Shown: piece after piece, positions 10,391 through 19,651 of the stretch
How the letters are laid out: each line of letters starts with the position of its first letter
How positions within the stretch are numbered: the first letter of the stretch is position 1
Source of the DNA: a virus
Lineage: Duplodnaviria; Caudoviricetes
Virus record (IMG/VR): IMGVR_UViG_3300047275_000180
Location: 1-29,809 of that record
Direction: 5' to 3' (one strand)
Length of the DNA: 29,809 bases
Notes under the pieces: model-generated
What the model saw: the letters and a program-made list of their open reading frames with translations, nothing else
Told to the model about the DNA's origin: nothing
Databases searched by the model: none
Program-made: the position numbers and the translations under genes

Positions 10391-10657
10391 ATGGCTTTGT
10401 TAAATAAGTTAGTTGAGCGAAAAACAGGGTTTTCTGGTGAACTTGTTTATTTAAATGCGTATTGGAAAGTCACCAAAATAAATGGTGACAAAACCGCTAT
10501 GTTTTTTGATGTAACGGTGTTTACAGAAAAAAACGGCGAAACATTGGCACAGCGTCAATATTCGTATGTGCCAACTTTAGAAGGCGATAATTTTATTGCT
10601 CAGGCATATCAGCACTTGAAAAAGTTAAAAGACTTTGAAAGCGCAACAGATTATTAA
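10391..10657 (+). CDS. Small tail-associated protein
   Basis: 88 aa, ..NFIAQAYQHLK..F..A.D motif; SD GGAG. Confidence 0.55.
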   Translation: MALLNKLVERKTGFSGELVYLNAYWKVTKINGDKTAMFFDVTVFTEKNGETLAQRQYSYVPTLEGDNFIAQAYQHLKKLKDFESATDY

Positions 10658-10680
10658 CTTGATTTTGATTGGGGATCAAA

Positions 10681-10929
10681 ATGGCGCTAGAAAAAGTCGT
10701 TGCAGTTGACCGGATTGAAGTGGTTGAAAATGGCTGCGTACAAGTACGCACAGCAACCAAAATTTTGGAAGATGGAAAAGAATTAAATAGAACTTTTCAT
10801 CGTCACGTTATTGCGCCAGGTCAAGATTATTCAAGTGAAGATTCTCGCGTTCAAGCAATTTGTATTGCTACTCATACGCCGGAAGTTATTGCTGCTTATA
10901 AAGCCAATCAGGTAAAAGTAGAGGTCTAA
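10681..10929 (+). CDS. Small tail-associated protein
   Basis: ATG 10681; D.IEV..G.VQVR.AT.I.EDG.E..R.FHRHVI motif. Confidence 0.6.
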   Translation: MALEKVVAVDRIEVVENGCVQVRTATKILEDGKELNRTFHRHVIAPGQDYSSEDSRVQAICIATHTPEVIAAYKANQVKVEV

Positions 10930-10930
10930 G

Positions 10931-11911
10931 ATGACCACCCCTTACGACATTATTACACGCGCCATGAAAGACATTGGCGCATTGGCTGCGGGAGAAAACC
11001 CGACTGCTGCCGAAGCGCAGGATGGGCTTGACCTGCTGAACGATATGCTGGCGCAGTGGTCTAACGAAAACATGATGGTGTTTTACCGCACCGAGATTGT
11101 TTTTCCCTGCGTTCAGAATCAGACGCAGTACACCATCGGCCCGTCGGGTAATGTATCGGCAAGGTTTGTGGGGTCAATTGCAGGCACTACCCTGACCGTG
11201 CCAAACGATGCGGTCACTAAGGGCGCAATTACCATCGGGATGACCCTAACTGGCAACGGTGTCTTATCTGGCACCACGATTGTCGGGTTTGGAACTGGCG
11301 CAGGCGGCAACGTCAACGAGGGCGGCACCTATACCGTCAGTCGGGCGCACACCACGCCGGTGGTCAGCCAAATTATCAATTCGTTCTACCAGCGCCCCTT
11401 GACCATTGAAAGCGCGTTTGTGCGCGTTACAACAACGTCGAACGGTGTGCCGATCTATGGCGGCGGTCTGGATTATCCGATTGCGATTCTAAGCCTTGAG
11501 GAATACGAATCTATCGGCTTAAAGACGCTTAACGGCCCGTGGCCGAAGGCGTTGTATTACCAGCCATCGGAACTGTTGGGAACCATTTACCTATGGCCCA
11601 ACCCTGCCCAAGGCGAAATGCACCTGTTTACGCAGACCATATTCCGCGAGTTTGGCGACCTATACGGCGATATGCAGTTTCCACAGGGCTACAACATGGC
11701 GTTGCGCTGGTGTCTGGCCGAGCGCATGATGCCGATGTACGGCAAGGTTAATCAGACGCAAATTGCTCAGATTACGGCTTACGCTGCGCAGGCAAAGGCT
11801 ACGATTAAGCGTACCAACATGAAGCCGCCGCAGGTCAGCAAGTATCCTGATGTGTTGATGACAGGCCGCCCAAAGGATGCGGCCTTCATCCTCGACGGAG
11901 GATTCAATTAA
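10931..11911 (+). CDS. Head-tail adaptor, P22 gp4-like, with inserted beta domain
   Basis: DIITRAMKDIGALAAGE.PTA.EAQDGL..LNDMLAQW; directly upstream of gp10-like gene. Confidence 0.75.
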   Translation: MTTPYDIITRAMKDIGALAAGENPTAAEAQDGLDLLNDMLAQWSNENMMVFYRTEIVFPCVQNQTQYTIGPSGNVSARFVGSIAGTTLTVPNDAVTKGAITIGMTLTGNGVLSGTTIVGFGTGAGGNVNEGGTYTVSRAHTTPVVSQIINSFYQRPLTIESAFVRVTTTSNGVPIYGGGLDYPIAILSLEEYESIGLKTLNGPWPKALYYQPSELLGTIYLWPNPAQGEMHLFTQTIFREFGDLYGDMQFPQGYNMALRWCLAERMMPMYGKVNQTQIAQITAYAAQAKATIKRTNMKPPQVSKYPDVLMTGRPKDAAFILDGGFN

Positions 11912-13384
11912 ATGCCAGATTTCGGTTTTGTCGGCGCGTCATATACCACCCGGTCGATCTACCAGAACGATCAGGAGTGCATTAACTTTTACCCTGAAAT
12001 TGACCCGACCAAGCAGCCGGGGGAGCGCGGTATCGTCGCGCTGTACCCAACACCCGGCCTAGTAACCGAAATCACGTTCCCGATTCCTGCCGAAGTGCGC
12101 GGGATGAGGGCGTTATCTGGCCTGCAATACGCCATCGCGGTCTGCGGCAATCGGGTCTATCGGATTGACACCAGCCTTGCTTATATCCAAGTCGGGACGC
12201 TGACCACCAGCTCTGGCCCCGTGTCGATTACCGACAACGTGATGACCACGCAAGGGCTAACCGCTTATCTGGTTGATGGGGTCAATCGGTATTACTACGT
12301 CGTGGCGACCAATACGTTTGTGACGCTGCCACCGTCGGATGGCGACTGGCAGGGCGCAAATACCGTCGATACGGTGGACAACTATGTGGCCTACAACGAG
12401 CCGGGAACGCAAAACTGGGCTGTGACTGACTTGGGATCGCCGCTGTCCACCACGGGGCTATACGGGGCTAAGGATGGGTCGCCGGACAAGCTGGTGGCGC
12501 TGATTATCGATCACCGGCAGGTTTATCTGATGGGTGAGGTGACTACCGAGGTTTGGATCGATGTCGGCAGTCAGATACCCAACATCATCACGTTTCCATT
12601 TCAGCGTGTGTCCGGCACCAGCTCACAGAATGGCTGCGGTGCGCCGTTTTCGATTGTCCGCTTTGCCGAAACGTTCATGTTTCTGGCGCGGGATACGCTA
12701 GGAACCGCGACGATTGGCATGATGAAGGGCTACGAGTTCCAGCGCCTATCGACCCACGCAGTCGAGAATAGTCTGGTTGGGCAGGTTGTCGAGGACGCAA
12801 GGGCTTGGTCGTTCCAGATCGAAGGCCATGAGTTCTACGTCATTAATTTCCCGTCAATTGACCTGACATGGGCTTATGACCTAGCGACCGGCCAATGGAT
12901 CAAATGGCTGTGGTGGGATGCGCCGAACGCTGTTTATAAGCGCCACAGAGGGCAGAATTGCATCGCGTTCGCCAATAAGAACTTAGTAGGCGATTACGAA
13001 AACGGCAAGATTTACAGCCTTGACTTTGACGCTTACACCGATGCTGGCAACCCGATTCGTAGGCTGCGCAGAGCGCCGCACCTGACCACCGATTTACAAC
13101 GGCAGTATTTCGAGGAATTCCAGATTCAGTTCCAGCCCGGTGTTGGCCTGACTAACGGGCAGGGGCAAAACCCACAGGCTATGCTGCGCTGGTCGAATGA
13201 TGGCGGCAGCACTTGGTCAAACGAGCATTGGGTCAGCATGGGTCGTGAGGGCAATTACGTCAACCGTGCGATTTGGCGGCGGTTGGGCTGGTCGCGGGAT
13301 CGGATTTTCGAAGTGGCAATTACCGATCCGGTAAAGGCTGTAATTGTGTCGGCGAATCTGAAGGCATCGGCAGGCGATAACTAA
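11912..13384 (+). CDS. Tail hub / DNA stabilisation protein, P22 gp10-like
   Basis: 490 aa; CINFYPE, LYPTPGL, GHEFYV..FP, LRWSNDGG.TWS, WRRLG motifs. Confidence 0.88.
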   Translation: MPDFGFVGASYTTRSIYQNDQECINFYPEIDPTKQPGERGIVALYPTPGLVTEITFPIPAEVRGMRALSGLQYAIAVCGNRVYRIDTSLAYIQVGTLTTSSGPVSITDNVMTTQGLTAYLVDGVNRYYYVVATNTFVTLPPSDGDWQGANTVDTVDNYVAYNEPGTQNWAVTDLGSPLSTTGLYGAKDGSPDKLVALIIDHRQVYLMGEVTTEVWIDVGSQIPNIITFPFQRVSGTSSQNGCGAPFSIVRFAETFMFLARDTLGTATIGMMKGYEFQRLSTHAVENSLVGQVVEDARAWSFQIEGHEFYVINFPSIDLTWAYDLATGQWIKWLWWDAPNAVYKRHRGQNCIAFANKNLVGDYENGKIYSLDFDAYTDAGNPIRRLRRAPHLTTDLQRQYFEEFQIQFQPGVGLTNGQGQNPQAMLRWSNDGGSTWSNEHWVSMGREGNYVNRAIWRRLGWSRDRIFEVAITDPVKAVIVSANLKASAGDN

Positions 13385-13623
13385 TGGTTGCGCTTACCAA
13401 TATTCGGTTCCCGACCAGCCCGTTTATTGAACCGGCCACAGGCCGACCATCGCGTGAGTGGATTATTTGGCTGCAAAACCCGAACGTAGTCAGCAGCACG
13501 GTGGAATACCAGATTATTAACGGTGGCGAAATTAACAACACGGTCATCGGCAACATTACGCCAGCGGCAGGCACGTTTACCCTGCTGACTGCGTTAAATG
13601 GGATCGGCGGGGGTACATTCTGA
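13384..13623 (+). CDS. Short tail needle/plug-like protein (gp26 position)
   Basis: 79 aa, TAATG coupling to gp10-like gene; G.PSREW..W N-terminus; ends GIGGGTF. Confidence 0.5.
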   Translation: MVALTNIRFPTSPFIEPATGRPSREWIIWLQNPNVVSSTVEYQIINGGEINNTVIGNITPAAGTFTLLTALNGIGGGTF

Positions 13624-14087
13624 TGGATTTAGAGTTAATTTCCGAAGCACCCAGCCGAGAGCAAATTGACCGGCTACAGGCTGAAATGGCAAAGCTACCG
13701 CAGGCCGAGCTGGAAACCGAGCATTTCTTTAGTCCGGGAATGTACCTGCGGCGGGTCTATCGGCCTGCTGGCACGTTGATTGTTGGGAAAGTCCATAAAA
13801 AGCCGCACTTTTTTCTCTGCGCTAAAGGGGAGATAATTGCTTGGACTGAAACGGGAATGCGCAAATTGCAGGCTGGCGATGTGGTCGAATCTCAGCCGGG
13901 AACCAAGCGCGTGACGCTGGCGGTAACAGATTCGATTGGGGTGACGGTGCATTTGACCGACAAAACCGATCTGGATGAAATTGAACAGGAATTAGTCGAG
14001 CCGGACGATTTGGCCTTGTTTGATTCGTCGAACAAGTTGAAGCAAATTATTGGCGAAATGAAAGTATTGCAAGGGGAAAAACTATGA
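13623..14087 (+). CDS. Cupin-fold protein in tail/ejection module
   Basis: HFFSPGMY.R...PAGTLIVGKVHKKPH...G...AGD....PGTKR cupin-like pattern. Confidence 0.55.
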   Translation: MDLELISEAPSREQIDRLQAEMAKLPQAELETEHFFSPGMYLRRVYRPAGTLIVGKVHKKPHFFLCAKGEIIAWTETGMRKLQAGDVVESQPGTKRVTLAVTDSIGVTVHLTDKTDLDEIEQELVEPDDLALFDSSNKLKQIIGEMKVLQGEKL

Positions 14088-14722
14088 CTTGGGTTGCTGT
14101 TGCCATCGGCGGGAGTGCAGTTCTTGGATACATGGGGACACGAGAGCAGGTAGGTGCTGCGCGTGAAGCCGGTTCGCAACAACTTGCCGCAACCAAATAC
14201 GCTGCTGATTTGCAGCGTGAAATGTTCGACATCATCAATAAACAGCAAGCGCCGTACCGCGAAGCTGGTTATGGTGCTTTAACCCGAATTGGCGAATTGT
14301 TGCCAAGCATGACTAGGCCGCTTACCCGTGAAGATATTTTAGGAATGCCGGGATTTCAAACCGCTATCGAACAAGGTACGGGTGCGGCGCGGCAAACGAT
14401 GAATGTTGGCGGTGGCGGGTCAAATGTAGATCGCGCTGCGCAAAAGTTTGCGATTGATTACACCGTTCAACAAGCTATGCCACAGGCATTGCAACAACGT
14501 CAAAACATTTACAACACGCTGGCAGGCATTGCTGGTGTCGGCCAGACCGCACAAGGTCAAGTGTCGCAAATGGGTCAAAACGTTGCTAGCAACATTGGTC
14601 AAGCTGCAATCGGCGGTGCAAGTGCTTATGGTGCTGGTCAAATTGGCGCAGCTAATGCGTTGGCGCAGGGATACAGCAACATAGGCAATTCTGCATTGAT
14701 GTACGCTTTGCTGAAAGGGTAA
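14084..14722 (+). CDS. DNA ejection (pilot) protein, gp7-like
   Basis: Hydrophobic N-terminus, G/A/Q-rich, PYREAG motif; synteny. Confidence 0.7.
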   Translation: MTWVAVAIGGSAVLGYMGTREQVGAAREAGSQQLAATKYAADLQREMFDIINKQQAPYREAGYGALTRIGELLPSMTRPLTREDILGMPGFQTAIEQGTGAARQTMNVGGGGSNVDRAAQKFAIDYTVQQAMPQALQQRQNIYNTLAGIAGVGQTAQGQVSQMGQNVASNIGQAAIGGASAYGAGQIGAANALAQGYSNIGNSALMYALLKG

Positions 14723-14725
14723 GAC

Positions 14726-16249
14726 ATGGCTGATTTGACCGTAACGCCCGTTGGCGCAAATGTTAAGCCAGTTCAAGGGATGAGCTTGGGCGATGTGGTA
14801 GGTCTTGCGCGTGGAGTGCAGCAATATCGCGCTGAAAAAGAAATTTTGCCAGAGCAAGTTTCGCAAGCAAAATTAGCCACCACCAAACAAGAGCAAGAGC
14901 TTGCGCAGTCAAGAGTAAGGGCAATTGCTGACAGTCAAATTGCGCTTATCAACGACCCGTTAGTGTTGATGGCCGAAGAAAACCCGAATGCGGTTGATAA
15001 AACACAACTGGTTAATTTGTTGCAAAAGCGCGGCACGACACTAGGTAAAAACTTAGGATTGCCAGAAAACAAAATTAATGAATTGCTTGTTCCATATTTA
15101 GACCAAGCACAAAAAGACCCCGGCCAATTACGCACGTTTTTGAAACAGCGTCACATTGAAGGGCTTGACCAAGCTGGTCGCACCTCTGTGCTGGCTGGCA
15201 CATTGACCCCTGTCACAACCGGCGCAGGCACAACGTTTGTTCAAGCGGGTGAATTTGCGCCAGAGCGTCGCGGTGCGCCTGTATTGTTTGCGCGTAAGAC
15301 ATTGGCACCGGGTGAGCAGATCGTTGCAGGCCCGACCGATCCTGCTGGCAATCCGACTTACAACATCCTTGACCGTACTGGTCGCGTGGTTCAAAGCGGC
15401 CTGCTGGCTTCGCAGTTGCCAGAAGTGCCGACCGAAGTTGAGCCAAGCGGCGCGGCTGTTGAGCGTGTTGCACCGCTTAACGTTCAAACAGTTCCAGCAC
15501 CTAAAAAAATGCCAGAGCCACGCGCTATTGCTGCGCCGCCCGGTAGTGGATTGGGGCCGAATGATTATCAGACTTTGCAGCAGCAAGTAACCGTTACTCG
15601 CGGCACAGTCGCAAATGCCGAAAACGCGCTGAAAGACATTAGAAATGTCGAAACGTATCTTGATGCCGCATTAACCGGCGTTGGTAGCGAAAAGCTGAAT
15701 AAAGCATTGTCTGCGCTTGGTTTGGCTGGTTTGGATACTGCCGAGCAAAAAGCCGCAGCGCGTGAAATCGTGAACAAATCTTTGGCATCGTTGGTTATGC
15801 ACCAAAACGCCACCAGCAACGGCAAATTTGCTGCTGATTTGGCGCAAACGCAAAATGCGGTGGCAAGTGTCGCGCAGACTGATCCAGCCATTCGCAAGGT
15901 TATTGGCGACATTCAAGTGCTGATGCAGCATCAAAAAGATTACACGCAGGGCATGGATAAGTTAATTCAAAAATATCCACAGTTCGGCGCGTTTTCTAAA
16001 GCCTTGTACGACACCGCCATGAACGATGCGTATGATTTCAAAGCAATGGAAATCAACAACATCAAGCGCGATCCAAAGTTAAGCAATGAAGAAAAGCAAA
16101 AGAAATTTAGGGCTTATTTGGAAAAAAATGGTTTGTCGATTGATGATGGCATGGAATTAAACGGCAAGGCAAAAACTTACAATGATTTAATTAGCGGAAA
16201 CGTAGATATTGTTGATGGCAAAATTGTGCCAGCGCCGAAAAGGAAATAG
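14726..16249 (+). CDS. DNA ejection protein, gp20 position
   Basis: 507 aa, largely helical; second of three ORFs after the tail hub. Confidence 0.55.
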   Translation: MADLTVTPVGANVKPVQGMSLGDVVGLARGVQQYRAEKEILPEQVSQAKLATTKQEQELAQSRVRAIADSQIALINDPLVLMAEENPNAVDKTQLVNLLQKRGTTLGKNLGLPENKINELLVPYLDQAQKDPGQLRTFLKQRHIEGLDQAGRTSVLAGTLTPVTTGAGTTFVQAGEFAPERRGAPVLFARKTLAPGEQIVAGPTDPAGNPTYNILDRTGRVVQSGLLASQLPEVPTEVEPSGAAVERVAPLNVQTVPAPKKMPEPRAIAAPPGSGLGPNDYQTLQQQVTVTRGTVANAENALKDIRNVETYLDAALTGVGSEKLNKALSALGLAGLDTAEQKAAAREIVNKSLASLVMHQNATSNGKFAADLAQTQNAVASVAQTDPAIRKVIGDIQVLMQHQKDYTQGMDKLIQKYPQFGAFSKALYDTAMNDAYDFKAMEINNIKRDPKLSNEEKQKKFRAYLEKNGLSIDDGMELNGKAKTYNDLISGNVDIVDGKIVPAPKRK

Positions 16250-16251
16250 TC

Positions 16252-18573
16252 ATGGCAATTGCGACGGTAGGCGATGATGAGGATTTGTTTGATCGCGCAT
16301 TAAAGGCATCGGCTAAAGGCAAAGGCGATCAGTCAGAATCGGCAGATATTTTTGATCGCGTATTACAAAAGGCTGCGGGTGGCAAAGTTGCGCCTGCGCA
16401 GCCTGCCGCAATAACACAGGCACCAGCCAAACCTGCTGCGGCTAAAACGCAAGACCGCACGGAAATGAAAGGCACTCAAGCCGAGCGTGATCGCGGTCGT
16501 GCTGAAATTCTTTTGCAAGAACGCCAATCCATTGTTGATCGCTTGTCCGATTCAAAGTTGACCGGCGATGACCGCTTGCGCGAAGAAAAAAATTTAGAAG
16601 CAATTAACCGAGAAATTGGCACGTTGCCAGCAAACCTTCGCCAGCCGCCGGTGGCCGCACCAGTTACGCCGGTGGCCGCCGCTGCGCCTGCGGCTGCGCC
16701 TGCTGCGCCAAAACCTGCTGCGCCAGCCGCCCCTGCGCCACAGCCTAAAGTTGCTGGTCTTGGTGAACGCCTATTGCGTTCTGGCGCTGGTTTAGCCGAC
16801 ACCGTATTAGGTGGCATCCAAGCATTGCCGGGTACTGCTGCGGCTGAAATAGGCTATGCGGGTGTCCGTGGTGCCGAAGCGCTGGGGTTGGTCGAGCCGG
16901 GTCGTGCCGAGCGTGGCCGCGCTGCCGTATATAAAAAGTTTGTCGAGCCGTACACCCAGCCGGTCGGTCAAGCGCTAGGCGTGACTGAAACGCCAGAATA
17001 TAAGGGCGAAGCCAGCCAGCAGTTGATGAAGTTTATCGGCGAGAACGTTAGCAAGGGTGTGGATTGGTTAAGCCGCACCACCGGCCTGCCTAAAGCCGAC
17101 ATCGAAAACATGATGGCGACAGCAGGTCTGGCTGCGCCTGCTGCAAGTAAAGCGCTGGTGTCTGAAGCCAGAATGATTGCTGGTGCGGTCAAGCCAGAGC
17201 CAAAGCCGCCGACAGCGCGGGTAGAGCCAACAATGGAAGGGCGCGTCGAGCCGACTATGACAGGTCGCGCAAGCGTCGGCGCTGCTGCGGTGCCTGATGC
17301 CATGACTGTGCGGCAGGCGTTGGCTGTTGCTAGCCCAGAGCTACGCGCAGAGATTTCAAGAATCCCAGCAGACAAGGTTAATTTAAAAGCGCTGCAACGT
17401 CAGATTGAAGCGGATTCGATTGGGGTTCGTTTGACCGAAGGCCAAGCCATAGGCGACCCAATAAAGCTATCCAATGAAATGAACCGTCGTGGCCGCGACA
17501 CAGAAATTGCTACACGACTAAACGAGCAAAACCAACGATTGATTGATGCCATTGACGAAACCAAAGACATCGCATCGCCTGATGCTTTTGGTGCGCGAAC
17601 GATGGATAACGGTCAAGCAATTATTGATGCGTACAAGGCATTAGATAACAAATTAAACGTAGGAATTGATGCCAAATATAAAGCGTTGCGCGACGCTGCT
17701 GGTGGTCAATTTCCCGTTGATGCACCTTTGTTGTTGAAAAACGTACAAACGAAGTTAAAAAAAGAATTGCTGTCGAATGATGCGCCGCCATCGCAGTTCA
17801 AAGAACTAGAACGGCTAGCAAGTGAAAACGCCATGACATTTGAGGATTTCTTGTCGTTGCGTAGAAACTTGGGTCAAATCGCTAGAACTTCGCCTGATGG
17901 CAACGTGCGCACGGCAGCGGGTTACATGATTGAAGAATTGGAAAAGCTGCCGTTGCAAGAGGGTGCGAAGAAATTGAAGCCGCTGGCAGATCAAGCGCGT
18001 AAGGCTGCGCGGGATCGTTTCCAAATGCTTGAAAAAGACCCGGCTTACCGTGCCGTGGTTAACAACAAAATTGCGCCTGATAATTTTATTGACAAGTTTG
18101 TTATTGGCGGTGTTAATCAAAACATTCAAACAATGCTGTCGCACTTGGATGATACGTCGCGGCAGCACATGGCTGCGGGTGTCATCAATTATTTGCGTGA
18201 GCGCGGTGTGCCTGCTGGCGGCAATTTTAAGCAGTCTGGCTACAACAACGCATTAACCGCATTGGACAAAAGTGATAAATTGTCGCTGATTTTTGACCCA
18301 GAGTCGGCCAGCCGTTTAAGAACGATTGGTGCTGTCGGAAAATATACGCAGGCGCAGCCAGCAGGATACTTTGGCAACCATTCCAACACATTTGTTAGCG
18401 CGTTGGCTGAACGAGCAAAAGCAACTGTTGGCCGTGCTGCGGAAACGTCATTAAACATCGCAATACCGGGAGCGCAAATTGGATCGGCTGTTATGGAAGC
18501 TAGAGCGCGGAGAGCCGCCGCTAAAGAAACGCAACGAGCATTAAAACCGGGCGCAGGAATTAGAAATGAATGA
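16252..18573 (+). CDS. Large DNA ejection protein, gp16 position
   Basis: 773 aa, helical with P/A linkers, LTEGQ motif; synteny. Confidence 0.6.
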   Translation: MAIATVGDDEDLFDRALKASAKGKGDQSESADIFDRVLQKAAGGKVAPAQPAAITQAPAKPAAAKTQDRTEMKGTQAERDRGRAEILLQERQSIVDRLSDSKLTGDDRLREEKNLEAINREIGTLPANLRQPPVAAPVTPVAAAAPAAAPAAPKPAAPAAPAPQPKVAGLGERLLRSGAGLADTVLGGIQALPGTAAAEIGYAGVRGAEALGLVEPGRAERGRAAVYKKFVEPYTQPVGQALGVTETPEYKGEASQQLMKFIGENVSKGVDWLSRTTGLPKADIENMMATAGLAAPAASKALVSEARMIAGAVKPEPKPPTARVEPTMEGRVEPTMTGRASVGAAAVPDAMTVRQALAVASPELRAEISRIPADKVNLKALQRQIEADSIGVRLTEGQAIGDPIKLSNEMNRRGRDTEIATRLNEQNQRLIDAIDETKDIASPDAFGARTMDNGQAIIDAYKALDNKLNVGIDAKYKALRDAAGGQFPVDAPLLLKNVQTKLKKELLSNDAPPSQFKELERLASENAMTFEDFLSLRRNLGQIARTSPDGNVRTAAGYMIEELEKLPLQEGAKKLKPLADQARKAARDRFQMLEKDPAYRAVVNNKIAPDNFIDKFVIGGVNQNIQTMLSHLDDTSRQHMAAGVINYLRERGVPAGGNFKQSGYNNALTALDKSDKLSLIFDPESASRLRTIGAVGKYTQAQPAGYFGNHSNTFVSALAERAKATVGRAAETSLNIAIPGAQIGSAVMEARARRAAAKETQRALKPGAGIRNE

Positions 18574-18796
18574 GGACAAAATCGATCCAGTTAAATACGG
18601 CGTACTCTGGCAAAAGGTTCAGGACTACGAGCGCCGGTTTGACGTAATGGACAAGAAAATGGACAAGATGGAAACCCAGCTCGAACACTTGGTTGCTTTA
18701 GCCAATCAAGGGCGCGGCGGGTTTTGGATGGGCATGGCCGTTGTGTCTGCAATTTCTAGCGTTGTGGGCTATGTGGCTAACGTATTGCATAAGTGA
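18566..18796 (+). CDS. Small coiled-coil + C-terminal TM protein (holin/XhlA-like)
   Basis: Coiled coil followed by ANQGRGGFWMGMAVVSAISSVVGY hydrophobic helix; first gene of lysis region. Confidence 0.6.
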   Translation: MNEDKIDPVKYGVLWQKVQDYERRFDVMDKKMDKMETQLEHLVALANQGRGGFWMGMAVVSAISSVVGYVANVLHK

Positions 18797-18802
18797 TCCA
18801 AA

Positions 18803-19507
18803 ATTGACCCGATCACCATTGCCGCTTGTTTCAAGGCAGCAACCACAGCAATTGATTTAGCAAAGGCCGGAGTAAAGTTTTACAAAGATTTGAAATCCAC
18901 AGCAGGCGATGTCAGCGGTGTATTGAAAGACCTTAGAGAGCAATACCACAAGATTGTAGAGCCGACAAAAGAGCAGACAAAACAGTACAACGAAGAAATA
19001 AAACGTGTTCAGAGATTGGCAGAAACGCCACCACAGGATGCGTTAAACAGTATTTGGGATCACTTAGGCACGTTTGTTGATGAATACGACAGGCTGTCTA
19101 AAGCGTTTATTGAGGAAGAAGCTAACGCAAAAAAAGTGTACCGAGGGTCAGAATCAATAGCGCGGAGAGCGTTGAGGCGCATACAAATTAGAACGCAGTT
19201 GGATGCGGCGCTGGTGGATGTTAGGGAATTAATGGTTTATAACACCCCAAGTGAATTATCAGATGTTTGGACGCGCTTCGAAAAGATGTGGCAGCAGATT
19301 GTACAGGAGCAAAGCGAAGCGTTAGCAGAGGAACTGCGTAAAACACAGATTGTGCTATGGCAACGCAAAAGGGCAATAAACCGAGCAAAAGCGATGGCGG
19401 CATGGGTTGGGGCAGTAATGTTCATAATCGCGTGGATGTGGGGTCTGATAATACTAATAAGAATGAGTCAGACGTATCGCTCGTTGTCGTTTTATGTATC
19501 GCAATAA
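18803..19507 (+). CDS. Coiled-coil protein with C-terminal TM; start uncertain (ATT 18803 or TTG 18890)
   Basis: Frame open from 18797: IDPITIAACFKAATTAIDL...; TM AAWVGAVMFIIAWMWGLIILI. Confidence 0.6.
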   Translation: MDPITIAACFKAATTAIDLAKAGVKFYKDLKSTAGDVSGVLKDLREQYHKIVEPTKEQTKQYNEEIKRVQRLAETPPQDALNSIWDHLGTFVDEYDRLSKAFIEEEANAKKVYRGSESIARRALRRIQIRTQLDAALVDVRELMVYNTPSELSDVWTRFEKMWQQIVQEQSEALAEELRKTQIVLWQRKRAINRAKAMAAWVGAVMFIIAWMWGLIILIRMSQTYRSLSFYVSQ

Positions 19508-19650
19508 TGGCATTGACGTTTGTTTTGGTGCTTCCGCTGTTAGGGGTAATGTACATGGACATGAACAATGCCACGGGTGCTGCGGTTCAGGAAATTAAAA
19601 AAATGCGCGAGCTTCGGGCGCAAATGTTAATGATGATGCGAGGGGAATGA
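19357..19650 (+). CDS. Small membrane protein (TM + coiled coil); start 19357 or 19507
   Basis: VSLVVVLCIAIMALTFVLVLPLLGVMYM hydrophobic stretch; in-frame ATG 19507 overlaps upstream TAA. Confidence 0.55.
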   Translation: MATQKGNKPSKSDGGMGWGSNVHNRVDVGSDNTNKNESDVSLVVVLCIAIMALTFVLVLPLLGVMYMDMNNATGAAVQEIKKMRELRAQMLMMMRGE

Positions 19651-19651
19651 T

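Noticed and set aside
146-18458. Many antisense and alternative-frame ORFs in the track
   Set aside because: Shadows of codon-biased structural genes, without RBS or motifs
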